Below, piece by piece: positions 11,135 to 21,164 of a stretch of DNA of 64,000 bases. A program made the translations under genes and the position numbers. A model generated the notes under the pieces. It was not told where the DNA came from, searched no databases, and worked only from the letters and a program-made list of their open reading frames with translations. Every line of letters starts with the position of its first letter. Position 1 is the stretch's first letter. This DNA comes from an uncultured bacterium (GTDB taxonomy: Bacteria; Zixibacteria; MSB-5A5; GN15; FEB-12), in NCBI GenBank assembly GCA_965372795.1, contig CBDVDR010000007.1, forward strand, positions 94,838-158,837. Direction: 5' to 3'.

Positions 11135-11944
11135 ATGGCAAATGTTAGAGCTTCAAGATTAAATAATCGGCGTCCCAGTCGTAGCGGATGGCTGACATCA
11201 TATCTTCCAATTGGTTCCTGGCAGAGAATAGTTGTATTCTACATTGGTATTCCTATTATATTTTTGTTTTTAATGTTACTTATGATAGATCAATTGATTA
11301 TGCCCCAATTAACCCGTCATAACAGCGAGTTTCCTCTGCCCGATTTTACAACTCTAAGAATAGTAGAAGTCCAGTTTAATATTGAAGAGCTTGATTTAAA
11401 ACATGAGGTTTCATCACAAGAATATTCCCCCGGAATAGAAAAGGGTGTTATTTTAAGCCAGTTCCCTGTTTCAGGAACCAAAGTTAAACCGGGCCGACTG
11501 GTTAAATTTGTGGTCTCAATGGGACAAAAATTGGTTCCTATTCCAAATATCTCAGGAAAATCTGTGCGACAGGCAATGTTGGATTTGGAAGCTTCAGGAC
11601 TTGTTTTAGGCGAGATAGCGTGGGCATTTTCTGATACACTTCCTGAAAAAGTTGTCGTATTCTCATATCCCTCGGCTGATACTGAAATCCCGCTTGGGTC
11701 TCCTGTCAATTTAATGGTTAATCATGGCAGGGCGTCAAATTTCACATTTATGCCCAAAGTGCTCGGTCTAACAATAACCGAAGCAATTAAACGCCTTGAA
11801 GATAAATCTCTCAAGGCAGGCATTATCACACCTCGCACCGATGAAAATTATCTCCCTGAAACTGTTTTGGAACAGTCTGAACCGATTGGTGCCGAATTAG
11901 ACGTAGGCACTGAAATTGATCTGGTTATCAGCACTACTGAGTAA
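11135..11944 (+). CDS. PASTA domain-containing membrane protein
   Basis: One N-terminal TM then three repeats (LPDF.., IPNISGK.., MPKVLGL..) with V..Q.P..G. Confidence 0.88.
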   Translation: MANVRASRLNNRRPSRSGWLTSYLPIGSWQRIVVFYIGIPIIFLFLMLLMIDQLIMPQLTRHNSEFPLPDFTTLRIVEVQFNIEELDLKHEVSSQEYSPGIEKGVILSQFPVSGTKVKPGRLVKFVVSMGQKLVPIPNISGKSVRQAMLDLEASGLVLGEIAWAFSDTLPEKVVVFSYPSADTEIPLGSPVNLMVNHGRASNFTFMPKVLGLTITEAIKRLEDKSLKAGIITPRTDENYLPETVLEQSEPIGAELDVGTEIDLVISTTE

Positions 11945-12149
11945 TCAATTCTTATAGCCGATTGGTTTTATCCTGATTTTATTTTCTCATATCTTACGTT
12001 AACGATGTTAACATCTCAATGAATTTGTAATTATTCACCTATACAGTCTTTTATTTTCAGGAACTTCTTGAAAGATTCATCCGTTTTATTATATTTGACC
12101 GGAAGATGTTAGTCTGTTTTGTTGATGGTAAATATTATAAGAATTGGAT

Positions 12150-14570
12150 ATGGCAAAAGAGAAAACTACAACCAAAACATCCTGCTATCATTGCGGAGAA
12201 CCATGCGAAGCCAATGCTATTGCAATTGATGAAAAATCATTTTGCTGTCAGGGTTGTAAAGCGGTGTATCAATTATTGAACAGTCATGATCTTGATACTT
12301 ATTACACTATTGAACAAAATCCCGGAATAAAAACCAGCGATCAATCATTTAACCATGATCGTTTTGCATACCTTGATGATTTATCAATCAAAAGCAAATT
12401 ATATGAATTCTCAGATGATAGTGTGAATCGGATAACTTTTTATATCCCCCAAATGCATTGCAGCTCATGTTTGTGGCTCTTGGAAAATTTGTATAGGCTA
12501 AACGATGGCGTTCATTCATCGCGAGTTGTGTTTCTTGAAAAAAAACTTACTGTTGTATTTGATGAAACCAAATTGACGTTGTCAAAGTTAGCAGCCTTGC
12601 TTGCCTCACTCGGATATGAACCAACTATCAATCTCGATAATCTAAAAGATAAATCAGATCCCAAAACAAATCGTTCGCTTTCATACAAACTTGCCGTTGC
12701 CGGATTTAGTTTTGCGAATATCATGCTTTTCAGTTTTCCCGAATATCTTGATTCCACCGGAGAAGTTGCCAGCGATTTAAAAGAACTGTTTTGGTATTTG
12801 AATATATTTCTGTCTCTTCCGGTGCTATTTTACAGCAGCAATGAATTTCTGATCTCGGCGTACAAAGGCTTGAAACAAAAAGTCATCAATATGGATGTCC
12901 CAATTTCTATGGGCATAATAATATTATTTCTCCGTTCACTTTATGAGGTTTTGATAGCTAATCAAGCCGGTTACTTTGATTCATTCGCCGGATTAGTGTT
13001 CTTTCTATTAATAGGCAGAGCCTTTCAGAAAAAAACTTATGACACTCTGTCGTTTGATCGGGATTACAAATCATTTTTCCCTCTTTCAGTTACCTGTCTT
13101 AAAAACAAAATCGAAGAAACTATTCCAATAACCAAACTTGAGATTGGCGACAAAATAATTATCCGCAATCAAGAGTTGATTCCCGCTGATTCTATTCTGA
13201 TGGATGCTCAAGGCATGATTGACTATTCTTTCGTTACCGGAGAGGCTAATCCGGTACAAAAGAAAAATGGTGATCTTCTATACGCCGGAGGTCGGTTGAT
13301 CGGAAAATCAATAATTGCAGAAATAGTCAAGGAAGTTTCTCAAAGTTATCTGACTCAATTGTGGAATGAAAAAATCCCCAATTCAAAGGAATCAAAATCA
13401 TTAACAACCCTTGCCAATCGAATTGCCAAACAATTTACAATAGTAATTATATCAATCGCAATTGCCACTGCTCTGGTGTGGTATTTTATTGATCCGGTTA
13501 AAGCGATTACTTCGGCAACAGCAGTATTAATTATAGCCTGTCCCTGTGCGCTGGCATTATCGACGCCATTTACATTGGGAACAGTCTTAAGAATTTTCGG
13601 ACGCAATAAATTTTACTTAAAAAATATCGAGACCATTGAATCGTTGGCATCTGTTGATACCATTGTTTTTGATAAAACAGGAACCCTGACAACCTCAAGC
13701 GGATCAGAGATTACATTTCACGGCGATGAACTTAATGAGTATGAACAACGAATTATAAAATCAGTTGTCAGGCAATCGGCTCATCCGCTAAGTTTACGAA
13801 TTTATAATAAGCTAACTTCTAAATATGACCTTTTTGAAATTTCAAACTTTGAAGAGAAAACCGGAAAAGGAATTATAGCCGAAGCCGATGGACAAGTTAT
13901 CCAAATCGGGTCAATCAGCTGGCTTGGAATTTCTGATAAGTTTTCCAATGATATCAATAACCAAACAGCCGTTGGGGTTTTGATCAACGACAAAGTCAGA
14001 GGCTTATTTAAATTTTCCAATGTTTATCGCAATGGTGTTGATAAAGTTGTTAAAATGTTAAAAGAAAAGTATAAATTAGCCTTGTTGTCGGGCGATAATG
14101 AATCAGAACAAGCCCAGATAGAAAAAATACTCGGAGAAAATGCAGATATTCATTTTAACTGTTCACCCCATGATAAATTTGACTATATAAATAAATTAGA
14201 AAATGACAACCACCGAGTGCTCATGCTTGGCGATGGGTTAAATGATGCCGGGGCATTATATAAAAGCAATGTTGGGGTTGCAATAAGTGACGATACGGCT
14301 TTGTTCACGCCTGCAAGTGATGGGATTTTGGATGCGGAAAGTTTTAATAAATTACATAGCTTTATTGAAATATCTCAAAAAAGTTTGACAATTATCAAAG
14401 CGAGTTTTGTAATTTCTTTTTTATATAATATTGTTGGATTAAGTTTCGCAACAGCGGGGATGTTGTCTCCTCTGTTTTCGGCTGTTTTGATGCCGCTTAG
14501 TTCGATTTCGGTCGTTTTATTTACGACTTTGACAACCACTTATTTCGCCAGGAAAATAGGATTGAAATAA
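12150..14570 (+). CDS. ccoI: Heavy-metal (Cu) P-type ATPase for cbb3 oxidase assembly (CcoI/FixI)
   Basis: CYHCG/FCCQGC N-terminus, HMA CSSC, CPCALAL, DKTGT, GDGLND; first gene of the cco cluster. Confidence 0.93.
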   Translation: MAKEKTTTKTSCYHCGEPCEANAIAIDEKSFCCQGCKAVYQLLNSHDLDTYYTIEQNPGIKTSDQSFNHDRFAYLDDLSIKSKLYEFSDDSVNRITFYIPQMHCSSCLWLLENLYRLNDGVHSSRVVFLEKKLTVVFDETKLTLSKLAALLASLGYEPTINLDNLKDKSDPKTNRSLSYKLAVAGFSFANIMLFSFPEYLDSTGEVASDLKELFWYLNIFLSLPVLFYSSNEFLISAYKGLKQKVINMDVPISMGIIILFLRSLYEVLIANQAGYFDSFAGLVFFLLIGRAFQKKTYDTLSFDRDYKSFFPLSVTCLKNKIEETIPITKLEIGDKIIIRNQELIPADSILMDAQGMIDYSFVTGEANPVQKKNGDLLYAGGRLIGKSIIAEIVKEVSQSYLTQLWNEKIPNSKESKSLTTLANRIAKQFTIVIISIAIATALVWYFIDPVKAITSATAVLIIACPCALALSTPFTLGTVLRIFGRNKFYLKNIETIESLASVDTIVFDKTGTLTTSSGSEITFHGDELNEYEQRIIKSVVRQSAHPLSLRIYNKLTSKYDLFEISNFEEKTGKGIIAEADGQVIQIGSISWLGISDKFSNDINNQTAVGVLINDKVRGLFKFSNVYRNGVDKVVKMLKEKYKLALLSGDNESEQAQIEKILGENADIHFNCSPHDKFDYINKLENDNHRVLMLGDGLNDAGALYKSNVGVAISDDTALFTPASDGILDAESFNKLHSFIEISQKSLTIIKASFVISFLYNIVGLSFATAGMLSPLFSAVLMPLSSISVVLFTTLTTTYFARKIGLK

Positions 14571-14571
14571 T

Positions 14572-14739
14572 ATGAAAGTTATGTTTGTTCTAATAGGAGC
14601 TTCATTATTTATTGCTCTTGGATTTTTGCTCGCTTTTTTATGGGCTAATAGAAAAGGGCAGTTTGATGATGATTATACTCCCTCTATCAGAATGCTCATT
14701 GATGAGGAAACTCAACATGATAAAAAAAATAAACAATAA
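14572..14739 (+). CDS. ccoS: cbb3-type oxidase assembly protein CcoS (55 aa, not in ORF track)
   Basis: Manual translation MKVMFVLIGASLFIALGFLLAFLWANRKGQFDDDYTPSIRMLIDEETQHDKKNKQ; W....GQFDD signature; lies between ccoI and ccoN. Confidence 0.93.
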   Translation: MKVMFVLIGASLFIALGFLLAFLWANRKGQFDDDYTPSIRMLIDEETQHDKKNKQ

Positions 14740-14768
14740 TTGGTACATCACCATTTCGGAGAAAATAG

Positions 14769-16901
14769 ATGGCAATTGAAACTTATTATTATGACAACAA
14801 AATTGTAAAGAACTTTGCTTTAGCAACAATGCTGTGGGGTATTGTTGGAATGCTGGTGGGGCTGCTTGCGGCAATTCAATTATTTGCACCTAGTTTTAAT
14901 TTTGGCATAGCCTATACAACTTTTAGTCACATTCGACCATTACATACTAATGCTGTTATATTTGCTTTTGTAGGAAACGCCATTTTTATGTCGATTTACT
15001 ACTCCTTACAAAGACTTTGTAAAGCTCGTATGTATAACGATTTCCTGAGTAAATTTAATTTCTGGGGTTGGCAGGCAATAATTGTTTCAGCAGTAATTAC
15101 AATTCCAATGGGTTTTGTGACCGGTAAAGAATATGCTGAACTTGAATGGCCGATTGATATTGCGATTGCAGTTGTCTGGCTGGCCTTTGGCTATAATATG
15201 TTTGGAACCATTGCAAAACGGCGCGAGAAACATATGTATGTTGCGATCTGGTTTTATATCGCCACTTTTGCAACTGTGACAATTCTCCATGTTGTAAATT
15301 CAATTGAAATTCCTGTTTCATTTTTAAAAAGTTATCCGGTTTATGCCGGTGTACAGGATGCTTTAGTTCAATGGTGGTATGGGCATAATGCCGTAGCATT
15401 CTTTTTGACCACCCCTTATCTCGGCATGATGTATTATTTTCTTCCCAAAGCAGCTAACCGTCCTATTTTTTCATATCGATTATCGATCATTCATTTTTGG
15501 GCATTAATTTTTATCTATATCTGGGCAGGTCCCCATCATCTGCTATATACTTCGCTTCCCGATTGGGCTCAATCACTTGGCACAACTTTTTCGATCATGC
15601 TCCTGGCGCCATCATGGGGCGGAATGTTAAACGGTCTTTTAACCTTGAGGGGTGCCTGGGATAAGTTAAGAGAAAGTGTCGTACTCAAATTCCTTGTTGT
15701 CGCAATCACTGCTTATGGAATGGCAACCTTTGAAGGTCCGATGCTTGCAATAAAAGGAGTTAATGCTCTTTCCCATTACACCGATTGGACGATTGCTCAT
15801 GTTCATGTTGGAGCCTTGGGCTGGAACGGGTTCATGACTTTTGGGGTGCTTTATTGGCTGATACCAAAAATATTCAATACAAAACTGTACTCTGAAAAAC
15901 TTGCAAATGCTCATTTTTGGATAGCCTTTCTGGGTATTTTAGTTTATGCCTTGCCGTTGTATTTTGCCGGTATCACTCAGGGACTTATGTGGAAACAATT
16001 TTCCCCCGAAGGATTTTTGGTTTATCCTAACTTCCTTGAAACAGTAATCCAAATTATTCCGATGTATGCCATTCGAGCTATCGGAGGAGCACTATTCATA
16101 ACCGGTTCAATAATGATGACCTATAACCTGTTAAAGACTATGAGAATCGGTAATTTAATTGCTGATGAAAAAGCGGAAGCTCCAGCTTTGGTTAAAGAGA
16201 TAACTTCAAAAGAAAAATCAGAAGGCTGGCATAGAGTCCTCGAAGGCAAACCGCTCAAATTTACGTTTCTTTCAGTAGTAGCAGTTTTGATCGGTGGAGC
16301 GATTGAAATTATCCCTACCTATATAATTAAGTCAAATATCCCGACAATCAGCTCGGTTAAACCATACACCCCGCTTGAACTTGAAGGTCGTGATATATAT
16401 GTAGCCGAAGGGTGCAACACCTGCCATTCACAAATGATTCGTCCTTTCCGCTCAGAGACAGAGCGTTATGGTGAGTATTCTAAAGCCGGTGAATTTGTAT
16501 ATGACCATCCTTTCTTGTGGGGCTCAAAACGTACCGGACCGGATCTTCATCGTATTGGTGGAAAATATCCCGATGCCTGGCATTATAACCATATGATAGA
16601 TCCCGAGTCTATGTCACCCGGATCGATCATGCCGCCGTTCCCATGGCTGGCAACTGATCTGGTTGACCTTGAGATGATTCCTCCAAAAATTAGGGCGATG
16701 CAGACATTGGGAGTTCCGTATCCTAATAATTATGACGAACAAGCAGTCAGAGATTATTCTATTCAAGCAATAAAAGTAGCTGAGAATCTCAATGAGAGTG
16801 GGATAACCGTTGATGTAAAATCAAAGATGGTTGCTTTGATTGCATATCTACAAAGAATGGGTACTGATATCAAAGCTAAACCAACTCCTTCGGGAAATTA
16901 A
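14769..16901 (+). CDS. ccoNO: cbb3-type cytochrome c oxidase fused subunits I/II
   Basis: RPLHTNAVIFAF, QWWYGHNAV, WAGPHHL, HVH; C-terminal EGCNTCHSQMIRP, WGSKRTGPDL. Confidence 0.97.
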   Translation: MAIETYYYDNKIVKNFALATMLWGIVGMLVGLLAAIQLFAPSFNFGIAYTTFSHIRPLHTNAVIFAFVGNAIFMSIYYSLQRLCKARMYNDFLSKFNFWGWQAIIVSAVITIPMGFVTGKEYAELEWPIDIAIAVVWLAFGYNMFGTIAKRREKHMYVAIWFYIATFATVTILHVVNSIEIPVSFLKSYPVYAGVQDALVQWWYGHNAVAFFLTTPYLGMMYYFLPKAANRPIFSYRLSIIHFWALIFIYIWAGPHHLLYTSLPDWAQSLGTTFSIMLLAPSWGGMLNGLLTLRGAWDKLRESVVLKFLVVAITAYGMATFEGPMLAIKGVNALSHYTDWTIAHVHVGALGWNGFMTFGVLYWLIPKIFNTKLYSEKLANAHFWIAFLGILVYALPLYFAGITQGLMWKQFSPEGFLVYPNFLETVIQIIPMYAIRAIGGALFITGSIMMTYNLLKTMRIGNLIADEKAEAPALVKEITSKEKSEGWHRVLEGKPLKFTFLSVVAVLIGGAIEIIPTYIIKSNIPTISSVKPYTPLELEGRDIYVAEGCNTCHSQMIRPFRSETERYGEYSKAGEFVYDHPFLWGSKRTGPDLHRIGGKYPDAWHYNHMIDPESMSPGSIMPPFPWLATDLVDLEMIPPKIRAMQTLGVPYPNNYDEQAVRDYSIQAIKVAENLNESGITVDVKSKMVALIAYLQRMGTDIKAKPTPSGN

Positions 16902-16912
16902 GGAGGTATCTG

Positions 16913-17098
16913 ATGATAAAAGATGTACTTCAGTCTATAGAAGGTATTGAGATTTATCCAATTATCTCATTATTACTTTTCTTTATAACATTTGTTTTAA
17001 TGCTTATTAAAGTATTCAACCTTGATAAAAAATACCTTCAGAAGATGGGAAAACTTCCGCTCGACAATAATATTGAACAGGATAAGAGGAATATATAG
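16913..17098 (+). CDS. ccoQ: cbb3-type oxidase subunit IV (CcoQ/FixQ)
   Basis: GIEIYPIISLLLFF single TM, LPL motif; strong AGGAGG RBS; position in the operon. Confidence 0.88.
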   Translation: MIKDVLQSIEGIEIYPIISLLLFFITFVLMLIKVFNLDKKYLQKMGKLPLDNNIEQDKRNI

Positions 17099-17099
17099 A

Positions 17100-17771
17100 A
17101 TGTCCGATCTAAACGATAAACTGCTCGATCATGATTACGATGGAATTAAAGAACTTGATAATGATCTCCCTCGCTGGTGGGTGTGGCTATTTATTCTAAC
17201 AATAATTTGGTCTTTTGCTTATATGATTTATTATCATGTTGCTGATATTGGATATCTTTCAACTGATGAATATAGACTTGAAATGAATCCAAACTATATA
17301 CGGATTCAGGAATCAGATGCAAAGTTAATGGGTGTACTCAACGAGTATCGTTCACCATATTTTAATTCCAAAGGTGAAATGACTCCGCGTATGAGATTGC
17401 TTGGACAAGTTCAGGAAGCTTACATTGAAGAAAGCCGCGAATCTGATACAATCAGTTATTTTGCATTAACCGAACCAGAGCAAATCGCATCCGGAGTAGA
17501 AACCTACAAGAAAAACTGTGTTTCCTGTCATGGTAATTTTGGAGAAGGCGGCATTGGACCAAACCTGACCGATAATTACTGGATGCATAAATCAAGTATG
17601 ACTGATGTTGTTAAAAGTATTAAATACGGTTATCCCGCCAAAGGGATGATTTCCTGGCGTGGTTTCTTGAAAGAAGATCAGATTTTGGAGGTTGCAAGTT
17701 TTGTCTTAACCCTTAAAGGCACCAATCCCCCTAATGCCAAATCACCACAAGGGGATCTGGTCGAAGACTGA
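17100..17771 (+). CDS. ccoP: cbb3-type oxidase subunit III (monoheme CcoP)
   Basis: DHDYDGIKELDNDLPRWW, one CVSCH, GPNLTD; ATG at 17100. Confidence 0.93.
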   Translation: MSDLNDKLLDHDYDGIKELDNDLPRWWVWLFILTIIWSFAYMIYYHVADIGYLSTDEYRLEMNPNYIRIQESDAKLMGVLNEYRSPYFNSKGEMTPRMRLLGQVQEAYIEESRESDTISYFALTEPEQIASGVETYKKNCVSCHGNFGEGGIGPNLTDNYWMHKSSMTDVVKSIKYGYPAKGMISWRGFLKEDQILEVASFVLTLKGTNPPNAKSPQGDLVED

Positions 17772-17778
17772 TTGAATT

Positions 17779-19191
17779 ATGAACTCCAACTCGAAAAATA
17801 GAAACGACTTTAGAAATACTTTAGCAACAGCCGATAAACAGGGAAAAAGAATTTGGGTTTACCCAACCCGTCCCAAAGGTAAATTTCATTCTGCCCGACA
17901 ATGGGTAAGTTATTTATTGCTGGCTCTTTTATTCGGTGGCCCGTTTATAAAAATCAGCGGTAAACCGATATTGATGCTTAATATTATTGAGCGTCAATTT
18001 GTAATTTTCGGAGAAACGTTTTATCCTCAGGATTTCTTTCTGTTCGCACTGTTTTCAATTTCTATAATTGTAATTGTATTTTTATTTACAGCTATCTATG
18101 GCAGGCTTTTTTGCGGATGGATCTGCCCGCAGACGATTTTTATGGAAATGGTATTCCGCAAAATTGAATACTTTATAGAAGGCAGCGCCCAGCGTCAGCG
18201 CGATTTAAACAATGCCCCCTGGACAGCTTCGAAGTTTTTCAAAAAAACTTCCAAACATGTCATTTTTTATGGTATATCATTTTTGATCGGGAATACCTTC
18301 CTCGCTTACATCATCGGAATTGATAGCCTGATTGAAATCATCACTGACCCGCCTTCACAACATGTTACCGGTTTAAGCGTCATGATAATTTTCAGTCTTA
18401 TTTTCTACTGGGTTTTTGCCTGGTTCAGAGAGCAGGTCTGTACCCTTGTTTGTCCGTATGGAAGACTACAATCGGTTCTATTGGATTCTAATACAATCGT
18501 GGTTGCTTATGATAATAAACGGGGTGAACCGCGGGAACCGATGAATAGAAATCAGTCCCGGGAGAATCAGGGTGATTGCATTGATTGTGATGCTTGTGTA
18601 AAAGTGTGCCCGACCGGAATAGATATCAGAAACGGCACCCAACTCGAATGTATCAACTGTACGGCATGCATTGATGCCTGCGATTTTGTCATGGAAAAAG
18701 TAAATTTGCCAACCGGCCTTATCAGATACTCATCGCTGAATAATATAGAGTACGGCAGAAAATTTCAATATACTCCTCGAATTATCGGATATTCGCTGGT
18801 GTTATTCTTCATTGTTGTTTTGACCACGACTTTGTTATTCGCCCGTTCAGACGTTGATATATCTATTCTCAGAACTCCCGGTTCATTGTATCAGGAATCA
18901 CAAAATGGAATTATTCAAAATATTTATAATCTTCGAGTAATTAATAAAACTTCAGACAAAATGCCAATCGTGTTGAAGTTAAAAAATATTGAAGGACAAA
19001 TAAAAGTCGTTAGCGGAGATATTGTCGTAGAAGAAAACGGCACCTCCGAAACCGTTATTGTCATAGAGCTGAATAAAAAACATCTCTTTACGGCAATCCG
19101 TTTAATTGAGATACAAATTCTATCAAACGGTGAATTGATTGATGAAATACGAACTAATTTCTTAGGACCTAAACCTGTGACAGGAAGATAA
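17779..19191 (+). CDS. ccoG: Cytochrome c oxidase accessory protein CcoG/FixG
   Basis: GRLFCGWICPQT, CPYGRLQ, CIDCDACVKVCPTGIDIR, CINCTACIDAC. Confidence 0.96.
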   Translation: MNSNSKNRNDFRNTLATADKQGKRIWVYPTRPKGKFHSARQWVSYLLLALLFGGPFIKISGKPILMLNIIERQFVIFGETFYPQDFFLFALFSISIIVIVFLFTAIYGRLFCGWICPQTIFMEMVFRKIEYFIEGSAQRQRDLNNAPWTASKFFKKTSKHVIFYGISFLIGNTFLAYIIGIDSLIEIITDPPSQHVTGLSVMIIFSLIFYWVFAWFREQVCTLVCPYGRLQSVLLDSNTIVVAYDNKRGEPREPMNRNQSRENQGDCIDCDACVKVCPTGIDIRNGTQLECINCTACIDACDFVMEKVNLPTGLIRYSSLNNIEYGRKFQYTPRIIGYSLVLFFIVVLTTTLLFARSDVDISILRTPGSLYQESQNGIIQNIYNLRVINKTSDKMPIVLKLKNIEGQIKVVSGDIVVEENGTSETVIVIELNKKHLFTAIRLIEIQILSNGELIDEIRTNFLGPKPVTGR

Positions 19192-19192
19192 A

Positions 19193-19645
19193 ATGATTTT
19201 CAAAATTTCATGGGGAACCGGGATTACACTCTTATATAGTGGTTTTGTTATTTTTATTCTTGCAATGGTATTCTTTGCCGCAACCAGAACTCATGAATTG
19301 GTTGAAAAAGATTATTACACTCAGGAAATACAATACCAAAAAAGGATCGACAAACAAACTAACTCGGCGATGCTGGAAACTAATTTGAACATTAATTATA
19401 TCAATGAATCAAAAAAGCTTGTGTTCACATTCCCCCAAATGGAAACTAATAATTTTGGTGGTAAAATTAAATTTTACCGTCCATCTGATGAATCATTGGA
19501 TTTTTATTTACTGGTTGAGGTTGATTCATTATTCTCTCAAGCCGTTGACTGCTCTGATTTGAAAACCGGCTTATGGTGGGTAAAAGTTGATTGGAGCAAC
19601 GAAACCTCGAAATATTATTTTGAAGATAAATTTTTTATAAATTGA
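19193..19645 (+). CDS. ccoH: FixH/CcoH family protein
   Basis: SWGTGI TM, LVEKDYY..E..YQ, FYRPSD...D. Confidence 0.85.
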   Translation: MIFKISWGTGITLLYSGFVIFILAMVFFAATRTHELVEKDYYTQEIQYQKRIDKQTNSAMLETNLNINYINESKKLVFTFPQMETNNFGGKIKFYRPSDESLDFYLLVEVDSLFSQAVDCSDLKTGLWWVKVDWSNETSKYYFEDKFFIN

Positions 19646-19676
19646 TTTATAAAAAAAGAAAAGGCAAACTAAGTTC

Positions 19677-20438
19677 ATGGAAATATGGACAGCATTTATA
19701 ATCGGAATAGCCGGGAGTTTTCATTGTATCGGTATGTGCGGACCAATCGCATTAGCCCTGCCGGGTAATTTTGATAAAAAAACCAGCCTTCTAATCAGCA
19801 GAATCCTCTACAATACCGGCCGGATTATAACTTATTCTTTGCTCGGGGGAGTATGCGGTTTTATCGGTCAGACAATCGCTTTGGGCGGGTACCAGCAATC
19901 GCTCTCGTTAGTATTAGGTATTTTTATTTTAATAATGATATTTCTTCCTTCCAGGTACGCATCGAAAATTTTACCGGCGTCATTCCACAGCCGGATTATT
20001 GCTCGAATAAAATCGTTGTGGTTTAAACATTTTCAAAAAAGCACCTACTCTTCCCTTCTCGTTATTGGAATTCTAAATGGGTTCCTTCCCTGCGGACTGG
20101 TTTATGTGGCTCTTGCCGGAGCCGCAACTACGAGTACATTATCAAATGGTGCTTTATATATGATGATGTTTGGTGTTGGCACTTTTCCTATTATGCTGGC
20201 AACTTCTCTGGCGGGAAATTTGATCGGGGTCAAAGTAAAATCTGCTATCAATCGCCTGCTTCCGATTGGAGGAATTATTCTGGCATCGCTTTTGATTTTA
20301 CGGGGGATGTCACTGGGAATACCTTACATCAGTCCTGAAATTATAATTGATGATGGCGAACAGATAATTAATTGCTGTCCTAAAAAAGTTGAACAAGTGG
20401 ATGATTCAATTTTTTCAGACAGTCTTAAAACAAAGTAA
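19677..20438 (+). CDS. DsbD_2/TauE-SafE-like membrane protein of cco clusters
   Basis: GSFHCIGMCGPIA, YNTGRI, NGFLPCGLVY. Confidence 0.9.
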   Translation: MEIWTAFIIGIAGSFHCIGMCGPIALALPGNFDKKTSLLISRILYNTGRIITYSLLGGVCGFIGQTIALGGYQQSLSLVLGIFILIMIFLPSRYASKILPASFHSRIIARIKSLWFKHFQKSTYSSLLVIGILNGFLPCGLVYVALAGAATTSTLSNGALYMMMFGVGTFPIMLATSLAGNLIGVKVKSAINRLLPIGGIILASLLILRGMSLGIPYISPEIIIDDGEQIINCCPKKVEQVDDSIFSDSLKTK

Positions 20439-20441
20439 TCA

Positions 20442-20990
20442 TTAATTAATTCTTGTATATTTCAATTCCCATAACAAAACCCAGGTTGCACCGTTGTCTT
20501 TCGAGGTTTCCCAATTCCAGGTCAGACTGCTATCGGTTATATCATGGAATACCATTCGTTGGATTTTGCTCACGCCATTAGTTTCTGTTTCTCTTAAAAA
20601 AATCATCTTACCTTCTTTGAACTCTCCGACAAAATCAAGATAACCGCCATAATTATCAACCCAGGTCTGCTGCCATTTTTCAGCCTTTTGATTGTAGGTT
20701 GATAAAGATTTTCCTTTATAATTTGCCGCCGGATTGCCATCAAAGTGTTCCATTATAACACAACTGTCTAAAACTAATTCGATGCTGTTCGTACAGGTCG
20801 ATTCCTGCCATTCATCCTTTTCAAAGGAAGTTCGCATTCGCGAATCAAGCGCCCATTCTCCAAGCCAAAAATCGAATTGTCTAAATTCGGGAGTACTGCA
20901 AGGTTGGGGGGGTAGTTGTTTGGTTGTGTCCTGAGCAAAAGAAGAAAGGCTTAAAAGTGAAACCAATAATAGCATTGACAATAATTTCAT
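20442..20990 (-). CDS. Secreted hypothetical protein (DUF1579-like)
   Basis: Signal peptide; QFDFWLGEW, WQQTWVDN, SKDNGATW motifs. Confidence 0.7.
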   Translation of the reverse strand: MKLLSMLLLVSLLSLSSFAQDTTKQLPPQPCSTPEFRQFDFWLGEWALDSRMRTSFEKDEWQESTCTNSIELVLDSCVIMEHFDGNPAANYKGKSLSTYNQKAEKWQQTWVDNYGGYLDFVGEFKEGKMIFLRETETNGVSKIQRMVFHDITDSSLTWNWETSKDNGATWVLLWELKYTRIN

Positions 20991-21100
20991 TTTATCAATC
21001 CTTTTAAAAAATTACTCTATTAATTTAACAGAATAACAATGAGAATTGTTCACTATGAATTAATTTTTGAATTATCATTTTATGATTGGTTTATTTTAAT

Positions 21101-21132
21101 AAAAAAAGGCAGGAAATTTACATTTCCTGCCT
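21101..21132 (-). terminator. Rho-independent terminator after prpD
   Basis: AGGCAGGAAAT-N4-ATTTCCTGCCT hairpin followed by a U-run on the minus strand. Confidence 0.8.
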
Positions 21133-21164
21133 AAAAACTATTTATATCGTAACGAAGTTACTAC

